Source: Eledone cirrhosa
Lineage: Eukaryota
DNA length: 64,000 bases
Assembly (NCBI GenBank): GCA_964016885.1
Contig: OZ024742.1
Location: forward strand, 258,974,001 to 259,038,000
Direction of reading: 5' to 3'
The notes under the pieces were generated by a model. That model saw only the letters and a list, made by a program, of their open reading frames with translations, was not told the origin of the DNA and did no database searches. Shown piece after piece: positions 12,181 to 26,439 of the stretch. Position 1 is the stretch's first letter. Each line of letters opens with the position of its first letter. Both the position numbers and the translations under genes were made by a program.

Positions 12181-14235
12181 AACGTTTGTATTTCTAAAGC
12201 AGGTATGGATATAGAATATAAATGCAAATGCAAAAGATATTGTGACAATTAGTCTTTTACCTTAAATGTATTTAAATATCCTTAATTTTCGAGATAATAT
12301 CTCTTCTTCGGAGGGAAGTAAAGTGGTTAAACCAGCGTTCTAAATAGTTTGCCAAGTCATGCTGACAGGAAATGGTATAGAGAATCTCTTCTATCTCTAA
12401 TGTCAAAGAGTGAATGTTAGGTGGATAAAGAGTAGTCTCCCTTTAAAAGGGGTTTTGTACATGTATGTTTAAGGAAAGAAACCTCGGCAATCTTAGAATT
12501 AAGGAAGCCCTGATTATAGACAAAACACAACCACCAATCAAAAATAGACCAGAACTCAACACCCAATTTATAACTTTATAGAGCACCTAGCCCCATACTT
12601 ACACCCATCACCCCTCACACACACGCGCACACGCCCACACACACGCACACACACACATACACACGCTTACACTTCCACTTATTCTCACTCTTGCACACAC
12701 AGAGACCAGTTCTAACACGATAGAGCATCTATCCCCCACATTTACGTATAAAGATATCTTCTCACACTCACACCCACCCACACACACTCACATACTTACA
12801 CCTTCACGTATTCTCCCACATACATGTACAAAATCCCTTTTAAAGGGAGACTACTCTTTATCCACCTAACCTTCACTCTTTGACATTAGAGATAGAAGAG
12901 ATTCTCTATACCATTTCCTGTCAGCATGACTTGGCAAGCTATTTAGAACGCTGGTTTAACCACTTTACTTCCCTCCGAAGAAGAGATATTATCTCGAAAA
13001 TTAATGATATTTAAATAAATTTAAGGTATAAGACTAATTGTCAACAACATATTTTGCATTTGCATTTATATTCTATATCCATACCTGCATTGTTTTGGCT
13101 TTACAAATACAAACGTGTATACCTCATTACACAATGCTTCAAGTGAACTATAACTTCCTCCTTTCCTTACGCCTGAGCCAGGCTCAGTTCACAACTGTAA
13201 AGAAACTCTTCCAGCTATCTGAAAAGCGCGCCAAAGCCGGCTGCCAAACGATGCCTGAATAACAACATCATCCCCAAAACTATCAAAAACTTGCACCTAC
13301 CAACATGCTTCAAATCACCAGGCCTCAAACGATTACTTAGCTACATACAAAAATTCTGCCTAAGAAAACTCATACAACACCTACACCGCACGCTACAACA
13401 ACACATACGGACTATTTCCAGCCTTGTACCACAACTCACTGAAACCCCAGAACCTCTGCCCAGAATTATCTCCGCCGCTATAGACAGGTCATACCACCAT
13501 CGTAGAGACTACGAGAAACTACGCCTAACGCAAAAATTTCTCAAACTCAGCGCGGCTAACCGTCTTAACAACATCCCAACTCTAAACACCAACAGAGGCG
13601 AACAAGACGGTACCAACACCGAACCTACCGGCGCCCCGACCAACAACACACCTGACGCAAAACACCTCGTCACAGACTTGACAGGATCCCTTCCCGAGAG
13701 GAATTAGACCTCCTCAGCCTGGGTGCCAAGTTCATATTGAAACAGAGACTGGACGTCAAATTATGGCTCGACATAGAAACACATTTCTGTCGGGCTGCCT
13801 ACCAACTAAAATGGATATCGACTCTCGGCAACGACACCACGGAATCTAACAAACCCAGATTCCCGATATACCGACTGGGTCGCCCACTCTGTCCACCGCC
13901 TACCAACCTCGAGCTTGAAGAAAAACTCTCGAGGCTAAAACATTCCGTATTTAACATCTTACGGAAGCAGAAGAAGATAGCCCCAAACCTCTCCAGGACA
14001 CAACAACTCGCCCTGAAGAACCTACGGAATAGGGAAATTATATACTTACCATCCGACAAAGGTAAAGAGTTTTGTGTCATCTCTCAAGCCACATACAACA
14101 ACCTAGCCTTTGAACACCTAAGCGACAATGAACTATATACAGCGATCCATGACATGACTGCAGCCCAGATCGAAAAACAGGCCAACTCCATCTGGTTCGA
14201 CATCTGTAGGAGAAGACAACTCCCAAATAAGCTAC
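12181..14235 (+). mobile_element. Penelope-like retroelement, partial tandem with inverted pseudo-LTR
   Basis: Inverted arms 12181-12467 / 12819-13116; GIY-YIG-type C-terminus FKERNLGNLRIKEALIIDKTQPPIKNRPEL* at 12468-12581; HHR-like motif 12972-13005; the ORF of the next unit starts at 13134. Confidence 0.88.
13134..14235 (+). pseudogene. PLE reverse transcriptase N-terminal region, frameshifted and truncated
   Basis: Motifs CLNNNIIPK, VTDLTGSL..ELDLLSLGAKF and NLSRTQQLALKNLRNREIIYLPSDKGKEFCVI..Y..HLSDNELY (DKG box of PLE RTs); frameshifts near 13250 and 13700. Confidence 0.88.
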
Positions 14236-14940
14236 GACCGATTTTCATGAAACTTTACAGGCTCATAGATCCCTCATCAGCGCATCGTTTTTTTTTTATT
14301 CCGGGGTCACTCTGCAAATAAAAATCGATAGGGGGGTCACCTTTTTTTAGGTATCGAAAAATAAGATTTTTTACTCTAGCTCTGACATTTTGCCACCGAT
14401 TTCGTTCAAAATTTAAAGCAAAATAGAATTCATCATTGCATAACCTGTAATGGCTTTATATTTTGCATTTGCTGTTTAGGAACGGTGTGGAAGCCGCTTA
14501 AATATTCAAAAATACCACTTTTCGACTCAAATTTCTATTATTTCGGCGCTAGATCCCACATTAATCAACCTACTTTGTTCAAATTTTACACTACACTAGA
14601 TAGGATTATTTTACGTCTTAAAGTGGCTTTACATTTTGGATATTTTTGTTCAGGAACGGCGTGGCAGCCGCTTAAATATTTGAAAATACCACCTTTTCGC
14701 TCAAATTTCCGCCATTTCGGCTCTGACTCCCATATTTTTCAACCAAATTCGTTCTCTCCCCCAGTATACCCCTTCGTCAGTCACCCGCGCTTCTCAGTGA
14801 TAGAGGTCATCACAACCCTCCCCCGCATGGCCTGTGTGTGGCCATAGATGAGTCATCGAGAAGCAGTCGCTAAGATCAATACCTTTTCATCAAAGCGGAT
14901 ATTATTTTAGCTACCCAGGCTACGCTGGGTACTACTGCTA

Positions 14941-14941
<1 letters not shown>
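14236..14941 (+). mobile_element. Non-autonomous Helitron, 3' part
   Basis: Subterminal hairpin TACCCAG..CTGGGTA (14912-14931), CTAG 3' end followed by T, internal ACCGATTT repeats; 5' TC end not seen. Confidence 0.7.
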
Positions 14942-15021
<80 letters not shown>

Positions 15022-15133
15022 GTATCGTGCTCTCCTCTGTAACTGACAATCATTTTTTGTCTTCCTTTCACATTCTAAGTGAGTATATGTATATTTATAT
15101 ATCTATATATATTTATCTATATCTATAACTATA

Positions 15134-15427
<294 letters not shown>

Positions 15428-15525
15428 TTCTATCTGGAGTTGCGACCGATAGATAGTAATAGCAATTGGAAAGACCAGCGGAAACATTGTTTCCTAGGTC
15501 CGATTTGACGAAAGTCGATCGATCC

Positions 15526-15558
<33 letters not shown>

Positions 15559-15561
<3 letters not shown>

Positions 15562-15743
15562 AACGAGTAAGACCCCGACGGCTGAGCTCAAGCCGTTTCG
15601 ACGGCTAATTCAGAATTAGCCGTCGAAACGGCTTGATTTCAGCCGTCGGGGTCCTACTCGTTCCTATTACCCACTCTACTACCCTAAGTATTGAGTACTT
15701 TGGTGCGTTATTGTCCACCTGGTTCCTTACCACATTTCCTTCG

Positions 15744-15744
<1 letters not shown>
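15559..15744 (+). mobile_element. Hairpin-plus-tail insertion, family C
   Basis: Same structure as 9010-9193, in (TA)n. Confidence 0.85.
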
Positions 15745-15796
<52 letters not shown>

Positions 15797-15993
15797 TATC
15801 TAGCCACTTGTGTCATTCGCTATACATTTATTCCCCAAAACAGTATATTTCCTCCTTTCTTTTCTTTTCAGATCATTTCTTTTTTTCCCCTTCTAATCAC
15901 CTTATTTTCCCTTTCGTTGTAATATTCATGTACAATTTATGCAGCTGCGTGAATTATATGTAAAATTTATTTTCTTCGCGCAAACGCATTCAT

Positions 15994-16036
<43 letters not shown>

Positions 16037-16059
16037 TACACATATATATATATATATAT

Positions 16060-16155
<96 letters not shown>

Positions 16156-16424
16156 GTGTGTGCTTGTCTGGGTATATGTATAAATATATATACATATATA
16201 AATATATGTACTTAGATCTACATTGATATATACATATATGACTATATTTGCATATAAACTCACAAACACACACACACACACACCACACACACACATATAT
16301 ATGTGTGTGTGTGTGTGCTTGTCTGTGTATACGAATAAATATATATACATATATAAATATATGTACTTAGATCTACATGGACATATACATATATGACTAT
16401 ACTTGCATACACACACACACACAT

Positions 16425-16467
<43 letters not shown>

Positions 16468-16633
16468 CATATATATACTTATATATATATATATATGTGC
16501 GCGCGCCGCGTGTGTGTGTGTGTTGGGGGGGGGGGGGGGGTCTATACCTGTGTGCCCGCTTTTAGCCGGACTGCTAACATCATGTTCCGTACTGTGGCGA
16601 GCATATCAAAACCATAATATCACATCTTAGTAC

Positions 16634-16682
16634 TTGTCTGAAGACAACACATAAAATGATGTCTTCGAAATGTGCCTAACAA
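16634..16682 (+). ncRNA. Degenerate hammerhead-like motif
   Basis: TTGT-CTGAAGA-(weak stem II)-GAAA-TGTGCC-TA-ACAA, followed by AATAAA and (TA)n. Confidence 0.5.
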
Positions 16683-17354
16683 CATTATATAATAAATAGA
16701 GATTGTATATGTAAATTCATCTCTCTTCGTTTTCATAATATATATATATATATATACTAACATTAGAACATATGAACTAACTACACTTGCGTAATTGTGT
16801 TTAACGAGTTCTATTCGAAGCTTACATATATATATGTTTACACAAACGCACACACGTGACTGGACACGTTGCTGCAGTATGCTTGCACACATTAGGTTCA
16901 ATGACGAATGTAGAAATGCTGTTAGAATATATATCGGTTGTTTATCCAAATAATCGCCTCTCTATTTAGAAGCAGAGATGACTCGTGATCTGAATGAAAA
17001 ATTATTTGAAATATGTATGGTTCTGTGACAGTGTTTTGTATAGTGCTAGTGTGTGGTGTAAACATGTGTACCTAGATGCAGAGACATCTGAGAACGAAAT
17101 AGTATATGAAGTGTGGTACCATGTGATTATGATTGACAGAAATAATTCTGTGGAAATGATAAGTTTTAATATCATGGTGGGTTAAGATGATCTGATGATT
17201 GGAACTTCCGTGAGCCTTTCCAAGTTTAAGGGAACTGGCTCTTGAAGTGTAAGTTAAATGAATATATAAGCTCTCTTACATTAGATCGAGCACAACCATC
17301 ATAAGAAATAACAACACAATCGTCAATATTCATTTTGGCACTGACTACCTCGCT

Positions 17355-18445
17355 TGGAATGTAGTGGTTGGAAGGAATGGCGACCCGGATCTACACGCGA
17401 ATGGAGAGTCATTATTATGCTTCTGTTATAGTAATGCGCTTTCTATTATGAACACCTGCCAACACAAAGACATAGATAAATATACACAGTATATTCCTAA
17501 TTGATTTTCTTATAACTCAAATTATAGGATAAAGTAGGAAGCACTGGCAGAATTTCCAGCTCAGCTGCTTCATCTTCGTGTGGCACTAAGTTGCATGAAG
17601 ACTTCTCTGTTCAATCAAGTGGTCACAGATGTCATCCAAGGAAAAAAGGAGGCTTTGAAATTAACCCTCCTTCATGCTCTTGCAATAAAAGAAATCTTGA
17701 ATAGTCGCGGCACAGTCAGTAAAGACGTCCAACGTTAAAACATGGAAAGACTGTAATATTAAGCTGCAATTTGACTTCAGATCAGCAAATAAAATGTTCT
17801 GGCAGACCATTCACAAACATCGTAATAAGACGCCCTCATCCATACCTGCTAGCAAGAATGCGTCTGAGGAGATTCTCTCTTCAGAAAGGTGCATCCTCGC
17901 GTGGTGGAGGGAATACTTTACTGATACCCAGAACCCTGTCACAACAGCCTCAGCCCATGTACGCGTGATGTATCTAGGAGCGATACCTGGCGTCTTGGTG
18001 GTGAGGTTAGAAGAGCAATTAAAGAACCTAAATGTGGCACGGCTGCTGGGGAGCATTAAATTCAGCCGGAGATATTTAAATAGAAAAAAGTTATTTTTCA
18101 TGGTATCCAGAGTCCGCCATGGTCGCGCATTCTTCTGTTCATAATCTTCTTACACGCGATCGACATGTGCAGCTGGGTTGGATGAAATATCATGACAGGT
18201 GAGTATAGTAGCTTTCAGCAGTAATTTGGCGACGGCTTGGCATTACTTATCTCATTGGGTGGTCGGTAGTTTCGCTGCTAGGTTATGCACGGCTGGAATG
18301 AAAGTCGGCGGTTCGAAGATCGAGGCACTCGTCCTCTCAATCAAGCCTGCGTAATGCACTCTACATATGAGTGGAGTTCCAATAGAAGAGGTAGAGAAGA
18401 TCAAGCATATCACAGACGTGCTCAAGAGTGATGGAAGATAGGAAG
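17355..18445 (+). mobile_element. Decayed RTE-clade LINE (REX3/Expander-like) APE and RT fragments
   Basis: VVGRNGDPDLHANGESLLCFCYSNALSIMNT; MFWQTIHKHR..WWREYFTDTQNP; FAARLCTAGMKVGGSKIEALVL..VEKIKHI..LKSDGR. Confidence 0.8.
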
Positions 18446-18481
18446 CTGAATTGGTTTGATAAATTACAGGAGCTATTGCAG

Positions 18482-18548
18482 GAAGAAGAAGAAGAAGAAG
18501 AAGAAGAAGAAGAAGAAGAAGAAGAAGAAGAAGAAGAAGAAGAAGAAG
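18482..18548. repeat. (GAA)n microsatellite
   Basis: Direct reading. Confidence 0.95.
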
Positions 18549-18991
18549 ATACCTTTTACAACATTTTTCCCTTACCTATTGTTAATAATTGTGTTTATTA
18601 TTTCAATTTTACTCCCCTCTTGTCCTCACTTACCCACTAGGTTTTTATGTTCTCACATAGGGCTGTGTGCGGGCGCATTCGCAGACAGACTCGTGTGTAC
18701 TTACATTTATAGTATTTTGATTATTATTTCGTACATGTGTGTGTGTTTGTGGGTATGTGTGTATGTGTGCGTGTATGTATGTGTATGTATATATATATAT
18801 CTATATATACATATATATATGTATATATGTGTGTGTATATGTATGTATATGTATATATGTATGTATGTGTACGTATGTATGCGTGTGTGTATGTATGTGT
18901 ATGTGTATATATATATATAGAGAGAGAGATATGTGTGTGTATGTGAGTGTATATGTGTGTGTATGTATATATGTATATACATATATATATA

Positions 18992-19085
<94 letters not shown>

Positions 19086-19129
19086 CATATATGTATGCGT
19101 GCGTATGTATTTGTATATATGTGTGTGTG

Positions 19130-19160
<31 letters not shown>

Positions 19161-19594
19161 ATGTGTTTGTATGTATTTTTATGTGTGTGAGTTTATTTAT
19201 GTATGTGTTTACGTATATAGTTGTGTGTATGCGGTTGTATATAGGCCTTTCGTTTTTATTTGTATAGACTTACGTAGGGTTTTGTCTGCCTATGTTCTTT
19301 ACGTGCGAGTGCGCGCACACATCTGGGTACGTTTGTACGCTCTTTTTGTAGGGTTTATGTGTGCGTTAGTATATTTGGTTGTATGCTTATTTTCATACGT
19401 GTGTATGCGTGTGTATGTGTATGTGTATATGTATTTTTGCACATAATTTTGCACATTTTGCATATATATATATATTTATATATATATATGTTTGTGTGTG
19501 TGAATGTATATATATATATGTATATACACTTACATTTGTGTATGTGTTTTTATAAGTGCTTGTGCATGTGTTTTTTGTTGTGTGCGTGTGTATG

Positions 19595-19640
<46 letters not shown>

Positions 19641-19646
<6 letters not shown>

Positions 19647-19915
19647 CATGCTTTTGGAGGGTCATGTTGCCAATAAGAAACACACGCACCAGTTGCTTTC
19701 ACTCCAATTTATTATAAATTATATTTATAAATTTAAGAATTTATAAATTTCCGGTTGGTTGGTTGGTTCCACAACCGGACGGTTGTTCATATATTATCAA
19801 AGTCCTTTCGTCACACATTCTGTGACCTCTTCAGTGACTGGAGATTCTTTTCTTTGTTTTTCTGCCTCTCCTTTCTTCTATCCTACGCATCGTAGGACAA
19901 AACAAAGGAGCGGCA
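19641..19915 (-). mobile_element. PLE 3' end, family K, with HHR motif at 19795-19839
   Basis: Matches the arms of 36184-37150 and 51395-51640; - strand AGTCA-CTGAAGA-G-GTCACA..TGTGAC-GAAA-GGAC-TT-TGATA; short fold-back near 19890. Confidence 0.8.
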
Positions 19916-21799
19916 CAACGATACGTTGTATACGTATGTATTATTGTACGTATACATACTTATATTTAAGTAACAGCCGTACTAAGAGTGAGAAATGAAA
20001 TTTCGTTTCATTTTTACCATTTATATATATTATATATTATATTTATATATGTATATATATTGACTTAACTAAAACGTCTTGTCTTCCTGTAAAGTGTCAA
20101 TGCTGCTATCAATCCAAATAACAGCTTACGCGTGCATGAAACATCACTCCATTTTCCGGCGTTTACCTCTGAACGGTCGTTGATGGTGCGGATATATTCG
20201 GAGTGTTCTCCTATGGAAATAACTCTTGAGAAATTCATTTGAGTTTGGTTGCGGCAGTTTTTTTTTTTTTTTATAAATTTTCATTCACTTTTTCTGAAAC
20301 GTCAATCATCATTAATATTGTTGTCATTTTCCCCGCAAATATGGGTTCACTATCTTCTTTGCAACACACTAAAACAATCACGTATAATTTTTCCAGATAT
20401 GTTCCTACTTGATCACCTTGCATTCCTAAATCATTTATGACAAAAGAAAATAATAATTGGTAACTTTTTAATCCCTTTCCGTCATAGTTATTTCAATCTT
20501 TTTACTGCACACAATATCCCTGAATTTATCATACAGATATATAAAACGATGATAACTTATAGTACCCAAAAGATTACCATCGTAACGAGAAAGAGAAATA
20601 TTAATTTGTTAATAATCTAAATGATTTGTTTCATAAGATAACCCTCTTTGTTCATATCCAACATTCCAATTAATTGCTATACCACACATTTAAAGATAAT
20701 GAAACTGGAAATAATTGTTTCTACAAAGATTGTACACATACAGCACATTTCAGTCATTCATGTTTCTCTGATTAATTAAACATAGGAACAAACACTACAT
20801 TTATTAAACGACAGTTGTTACTTTTCAAACATAAAATAATGATCGCTATTTTATATTTCAATTAGTTCTTTTTGTTTTTACTCAGAAATAATTTCGATTA
20901 CAGCATTTACAACTGTAGTCTCTTCTTTGGAAATATACATATTTCGTTGGCAGATGAGATTATTAGATATGATTTTAAAATCTACTGAAACAATTTTTCT
21001 GTAAAAATTATAAATTCATTCTTTCAATTTAAATTTCTCAATGATAATATAATTGATACTACAATAAAACTATAATTATTATAAACTTCAAAATGGATAC
21101 AAAATTATAGTGAATGAGGAATTGACATTCTAAAATATTGTTTTTTTAATTAAAATAAAATGAATTCCTTTTCCACATTCGCAATTCTAACATTGATTCA
21201 AAAACATAAAAACTACCCAAACCAATAAGGAAACAGATTTTATTCTTTCAACACTAATTTCACACTCAGCCAAATAAGATTTAAATAGAAAAAACATTTC
21301 ATATAAACAGGGTTTCTTGTTAGATATCTCAGATTCAGTAGAGTTTCAGACTTAATGCGGCAGTACTTTCCCCATTAAGTCCGATGAATCGAAATATCAT
21401 AATTATTACTACTCATTGTACCAACAAAAGCCAAAGTTTGGAGAACATGGATGAAAAAAATGGTTTGTCTATGTCAAAAAAATAATCCCAATATAATTAT
21501 GTCTGTACACCAGTGTGATGTGTCTGATAGTCTTTGTTTATACACATCAGTGAAGGTGAATTTATATTTCGGGTTGCAAAAGTTTTGAATATAAAGCAAA
21601 ATACATGGGAATTCCAAAATTAGTAAGAGCCCCAACACCCACACACACTCACACATAACCAAATATCTCCGAAGTTAACCATGTACCTATGTAAGAAGTG
21701 TATTCTATGAATCAAACATTTGAGTTGGTAGAGATACCGACACAACACTAAACTGCATGTCTTAGTGAATGTAGTTTCCTGAAAACTTGTTACTCAGTT

Positions 21800-22100
21800 T
21801 TTCAGCTGGTTGGCTCACGATCGTAAAGTTATGAGTTTGATTCACTATTATTACCTTAAGCAAGTTATTTTGCTATTGCTCCTGTCCACTCAGCTGGACG
21901 AAATGATAAATGTGCCTGTATTCAATGGACAAATCGTGTCATACACTGAGTCACGCTGACTCACCCTGAAAACTAGGTTAAAGGGTACATGAGACGGTAG
22001 AATGTTCTGTCACTTGCATGTTAATTTCATGAGCAGAATGTTTCATTTAATCTTTTTAACTAGAAAACTCGTCGTTCGAAACGATGGCGGTCCATCCCTC
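21800..22100 (+). mobile_element. SINE family 2, degraded
   Basis: GAGTTTGATTC B-box, GTCCACTCAGCTG and GTCACGCTGA shared with other copies. Confidence 0.65.
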
Positions 22101-22189
22101 CACACACACTCAGTACCTTCAGTTTAATACAATAAACACCATTGTAGTGAACTATCTTCTTGTATTTAAGAACTGGTCTTGTACGTATG

Positions 22190-22340
22190 AGGTGGCAAAT
22201 TAGCGGATTTATTAGGGCGTCAGATTAAACGAGTCGTCATTTTTTCCGGCTCTCTATGTTGTTTGTTCAAATCATGCCAGATTAACATTGTCGTTCCTCC
22301 TTTCGAGGTCGATAAATTAAGTAGCAATCTAGCACTGGGG
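22190..22340 (+). mobile_element. SINE family 1, degraded
   Basis: GTTCAAATC and TCCTTTCGAGGTCGATAAATTAAGTA. Confidence 0.65.
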
Positions 22341-22514
22341 ATCGATTCTTCCTTTATCATTATCCCTTTGTCTCACTCTCTATCCTTTCGGCAAAATCTG
22401 CTATGTTCAAACCTGGATTATCACGAGTTAAGTTTCCAAAAGCAGTAATGTATGGACGTCCTAAATAGACAATAATGTTATTTCAAACAGTAAACAACAT
22501 CTGCAGTGGTAAAG

Positions 22515-22782
22515 TATTGTAGCCAGTCCCAAACTTCACAATAGCTATCGTGAAATATTGTAGCCAGTAACAGACTTCAGAATAGCAATTGTGTTGTAGA
22601 TTCTATGTTCGATATTGTAGCCAGTACTACATTTTAGAATAGTAATCGTTTTGGAGTTTCTACGTGCAATATTGTAGCCAGTACTAAACTTCACAATAGC
22701 AATGGTATTGCAGCTCGTAAGTGCGATATTTTAGCCAGTACCACAGTTTACAAGAGCAATCGTGTAGATCCTACGTGCGATT
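22515..22782. repeat. Degenerate minisatellite, about 57-bp unit, 5 copies
   Basis: Recurrent TATTGTAGCCAGT..ACTTCA.AATAGCAAT. Confidence 0.85.
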
Positions 22783-23619
22783 CTCCCATACTAGATCGAT
22801 ACAATATGGCGACAGACAGTCTTATTTTAGATGCCTGATAATTGGTGAATGTATTCTTTATACTTCTCTATGTTATTGTTGGTCTTTATGTATGTGTGTG
22901 TGTTGGAGTGGTTTTCCGAGATATGCTGTGTATATATGTATTTATGGTGTGTGTATATATGTGCGAATGCGTGTGTTGGGGCTGTTCTCAGAGATATGTT
23001 CTGTGTGTATATATGTTTCAGTTGGTGAGGTTTCGAAATATATGATGTGTGTGTGTGTTTATTTATATGCGTTGGAGTTGCTTTGAGAGATAGGCAGTAT
23101 GTGTGTAGATGCGGGTTTGAGTGCATGCAGAGACGCTCTATATGTAAGTGTGTGTTGGAGAATTTGCGGATATATGCTCTGTATTTGGTTGCGGGTGTGT
23201 TGGAGATTATGCCGAAACATGCTCTGTATGTATGTATGTATGTATGTATGTATGTATGTATGTATGTATGTATGTATGTATGTATGTATGTATGTTAAAG
23301 AGTATATATAATGTTATGTATGTATGGTTGTGTGCCGAGAAGTGTTCTGTGCCAATACATTTTATTTTATTCTACGAAAAATGCGTGTGAATATATATAG
23401 TTTAAGCGTGATCGTATGTGAGTGTTCTGTCGTATACGTGTGAGTGTAATGAATAATTTATGTATGTATGTGTGAGCATCAATCATCATATGCATTAATG
23501 TGTACAACAATTCAATCGCATATATGTGCATGTTTTTAATATTATATATATATATATATACACACACACAGATGTATATATATGTATATATATATATATG
23601 TGTGTGTGTGTGTGCGCGC

Positions 23620-23663
<44 letters not shown>

Positions 23664-26304
23664 ATGTATTTGTGTGTGAGTGTGTGTGTGCATAATTGAA
23701 TATGTGCATCATACATAAATCGTTTCATCTATGGCGTGTTGCTGAACATTTTTGTTCTATTTCTCGTTGCTTTCTTTCTTTCTTATTACAATTCTCTTTC
23801 GACTCTTGTATTTCTTCCTCATCTTGTTGTTATTATAATTGTTATTGCGGCAGAAGTCAGATATTTATTTATATAGTTATTTCTTTTATGTTTGTCATAT
23901 TTTAGCAGGGTTTTTATCTATATTTTCAGAATTATTTACATTCATGTTTCTTGTTATCATTATTGTTTCTCTCCCTCTTAATATCGTTTACCAGAAGCCT
24001 CTTCTTTTCATTTTGATGTTCTTTGTTATTTCTGTTGTTGCAGTTGTTGATGACGTCGGTATTTCGTTGTTATTGTTGCATCTGTTGTTGTTCCTTACGT
24101 TGTTGTTATTATTTTTTTCTCGTTGTTGCAGTTGTTGTTGACGTTATTTGTGCCGTTGCCGATAATGCTGTTGTGTTTTTTTAATGTTTTTAATGTTTTT
24201 TACAACTGTGGTTGTTGCAGTTGATGTTCATGATGTTGTTACTGCTGGCGTTGATTCAGTTGTTGTTCTTATTTATCGGGATGGCGGTTTCAGCAGTCAC
24301 TGTTAGATTCGTTGTCATCTTTTTAATCATTGTCTTTGAAGTTCTCTCAACTGGTAATTTATTGATAATACGTTTCTTCATCTCAATCATGGTATATTGA
24401 GCACTATAATCGTACACTTGTGCTGAATTGGAGTTAAAGAAACTGTTTGATAATCATTAGGTCAAATGTTCAATACCACTGTATGAGAGCTTTGATAAAT
24501 GCCCTTTACCTTACACGTGTCCTTTCATGAAATGTATCGGTAATCCAAAGGACCAGTTTTGTCACACAGTGTCACGCTGAATCTCCCTGAATATTATGTT
24601 AGGGGTACAGATGTCTGTAAACGTTTCAAGCATTTAAACGTTACTTTCATGAGTAGGGTGTTCAGGTGTTCTACAAGCTTGATCACTCAGCCAAGAAACT
24701 GATGGAAGTTTATTTCATCATCGTATCATTTCTAGCTACAATTGAGTTAACAATTAATATTTCACTCTAGGCACAGACGTGGGTTACCTGCTTTATACAC
24801 ACAGTCATGAGTTAGCCGTTAAAGAATTCGACTATGGTTCTATTTATCTTATCAACGGAACATTTTGCCAGTGAAACTAACACGGAATTATCTGGTGAAT
24901 TGCAGAGTCACAAGGACCTTTAACGTAGTTTTTAGGAAATTCCAGCGTGTGGCACTTAGGGAGAATTCAGGCCGTTTGAAGGTCCAGCCAGGAATAGAGC
25001 TCGCAAACTTAGGATCCTTAGCTGAACACCGTAATCTTAAACCTCAGTATCCTGTATTATTTTCGCAATAATTGTTTCTAATTTTGGTCAGCAATCAGGA
25101 TTGGTAATGTTTTATTGACTTCAGGAAGATCAAATGCAATATTTACTTCCGTTGGATTGGAAACATAAACATAAAGAGCCGGAACAAATACTAAGCATGT
25201 TGTCCACCGCTGTCACAACTCTGACAACCCACCAACCTCTGTATTCGTTATTATTGTTCTACTTTTGACAAAGGCCAGACATTTGGAGAGAAGGGGAAAG
25301 TCGATTAAATTTATATGATATCTCCTATTAAGATTTGTTTGTTCGAATCAAAATTAAAAAAAATACAACGGTGTTAATGATGTTGGAATTATTGGTTAAT
25401 ATTATTTAGAACAGTATTGCTACTTCTCACGATGGTGTTAGCATTGCTAAATCTTTGTGAGTGATTACTTTTGTGTCTGATTACTTTCTTGTTGCTTTTG
25501 TGTTTGTAATCATTAAACCAGATGGAATATACAAACGCGTTTACTTGGTGTAGCTAAAATCTGTTAACGTGCATATAGTTACTGGTCGGTGAGTGAAGAC
25601 GTGTTCCTTAGTGCTTAGGGTTTTCTTCTTATCGTTTGGCCGAGACTTCGAATTCAAGCAACGAGTCGTGTCCTTAATCTAGACACTTTATTTTATTACA
25701 CTTTAGTCAACGCAATTGTGTAAAATTATTTGTACCTATTAATCATGTCGATGAAATGTTGAGTCACTTACACTCAGATTTCATGAAATGGTTGTAGCGT
25801 TCCGTTGGTCAAACAAATGAAACACACTCATCGTCAGCAAATACGAAGCTCAACCGACATTAATAATGTATTTACGTAATTTTCTATAACTGTAATAGTG
25901 GCTAAAGTAACGCAGTTTAAACACCTGTTCTTGACAATGTTTCAGTGTCTGCTGTCGTAGCTGCCATTATACAGTGTAATATTGGCTAAAACACTTAATG
26001 CGGGCATTTTAATATGTAACTTCACCGATTTGTTAGGAAGCACGCTTTGCAATATTTACAATCCCGTTCCAATTGCCATAGTAGGATTTGGTGAAGAAGG
26101 TTTTATGGAGCACACAATAAAAATCAAACTGCTTTGGTTCATTCAAGAAGTTCAGTTTCGATGTATGATTTACTGTATTTGAATTATATTACATTTCAAT
26201 CGATCGGTCATATCGATGTCTAGAAAATATATAGCAAATAAAACTGGAAGCCATGAACTACAAAGCTCACTCCACATTTACTATAACTATAAAGTGTAGG
26301 TAAT

Positions 26305-26410
26305 AACGCATTGGGTTTACAATTCTGAGGTTGTGAGTTTGATTCTGGGACCTGGTGATGCGTTTTGTCCCCGAGTAATACACTTTATTTCACGTTGCTC
26401 CAGTTCAATA
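26305..26410 (+). mobile_element. SINE family 2 fragment
   Basis: GAGGTTGTGAGTTTGATTC and CACTTTATTTCACGTTGCTCCAG. Confidence 0.7.
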
Positions 26411-26439
26411 CACTTTAAATAAACTACAGTGTCGTTGGG

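Noticed and set aside
16160-16410. About 154-bp local duplication (also a 28-bp duplication at 27495-27562)
   Set aside because: Ordinary slippage among microsatellites with no further structure
18428-18920. Poly-Glu and poly-Lys ORFs
   Set aside because: Produced by the (GAA)n tract
22515-22782. Regularly spaced repeats resembling a CRISPR array (also 61765-62185)
   Set aside because: The spacers are homologous to each other, the context is eukaryotic and there are no cas genes; these are minisatellites
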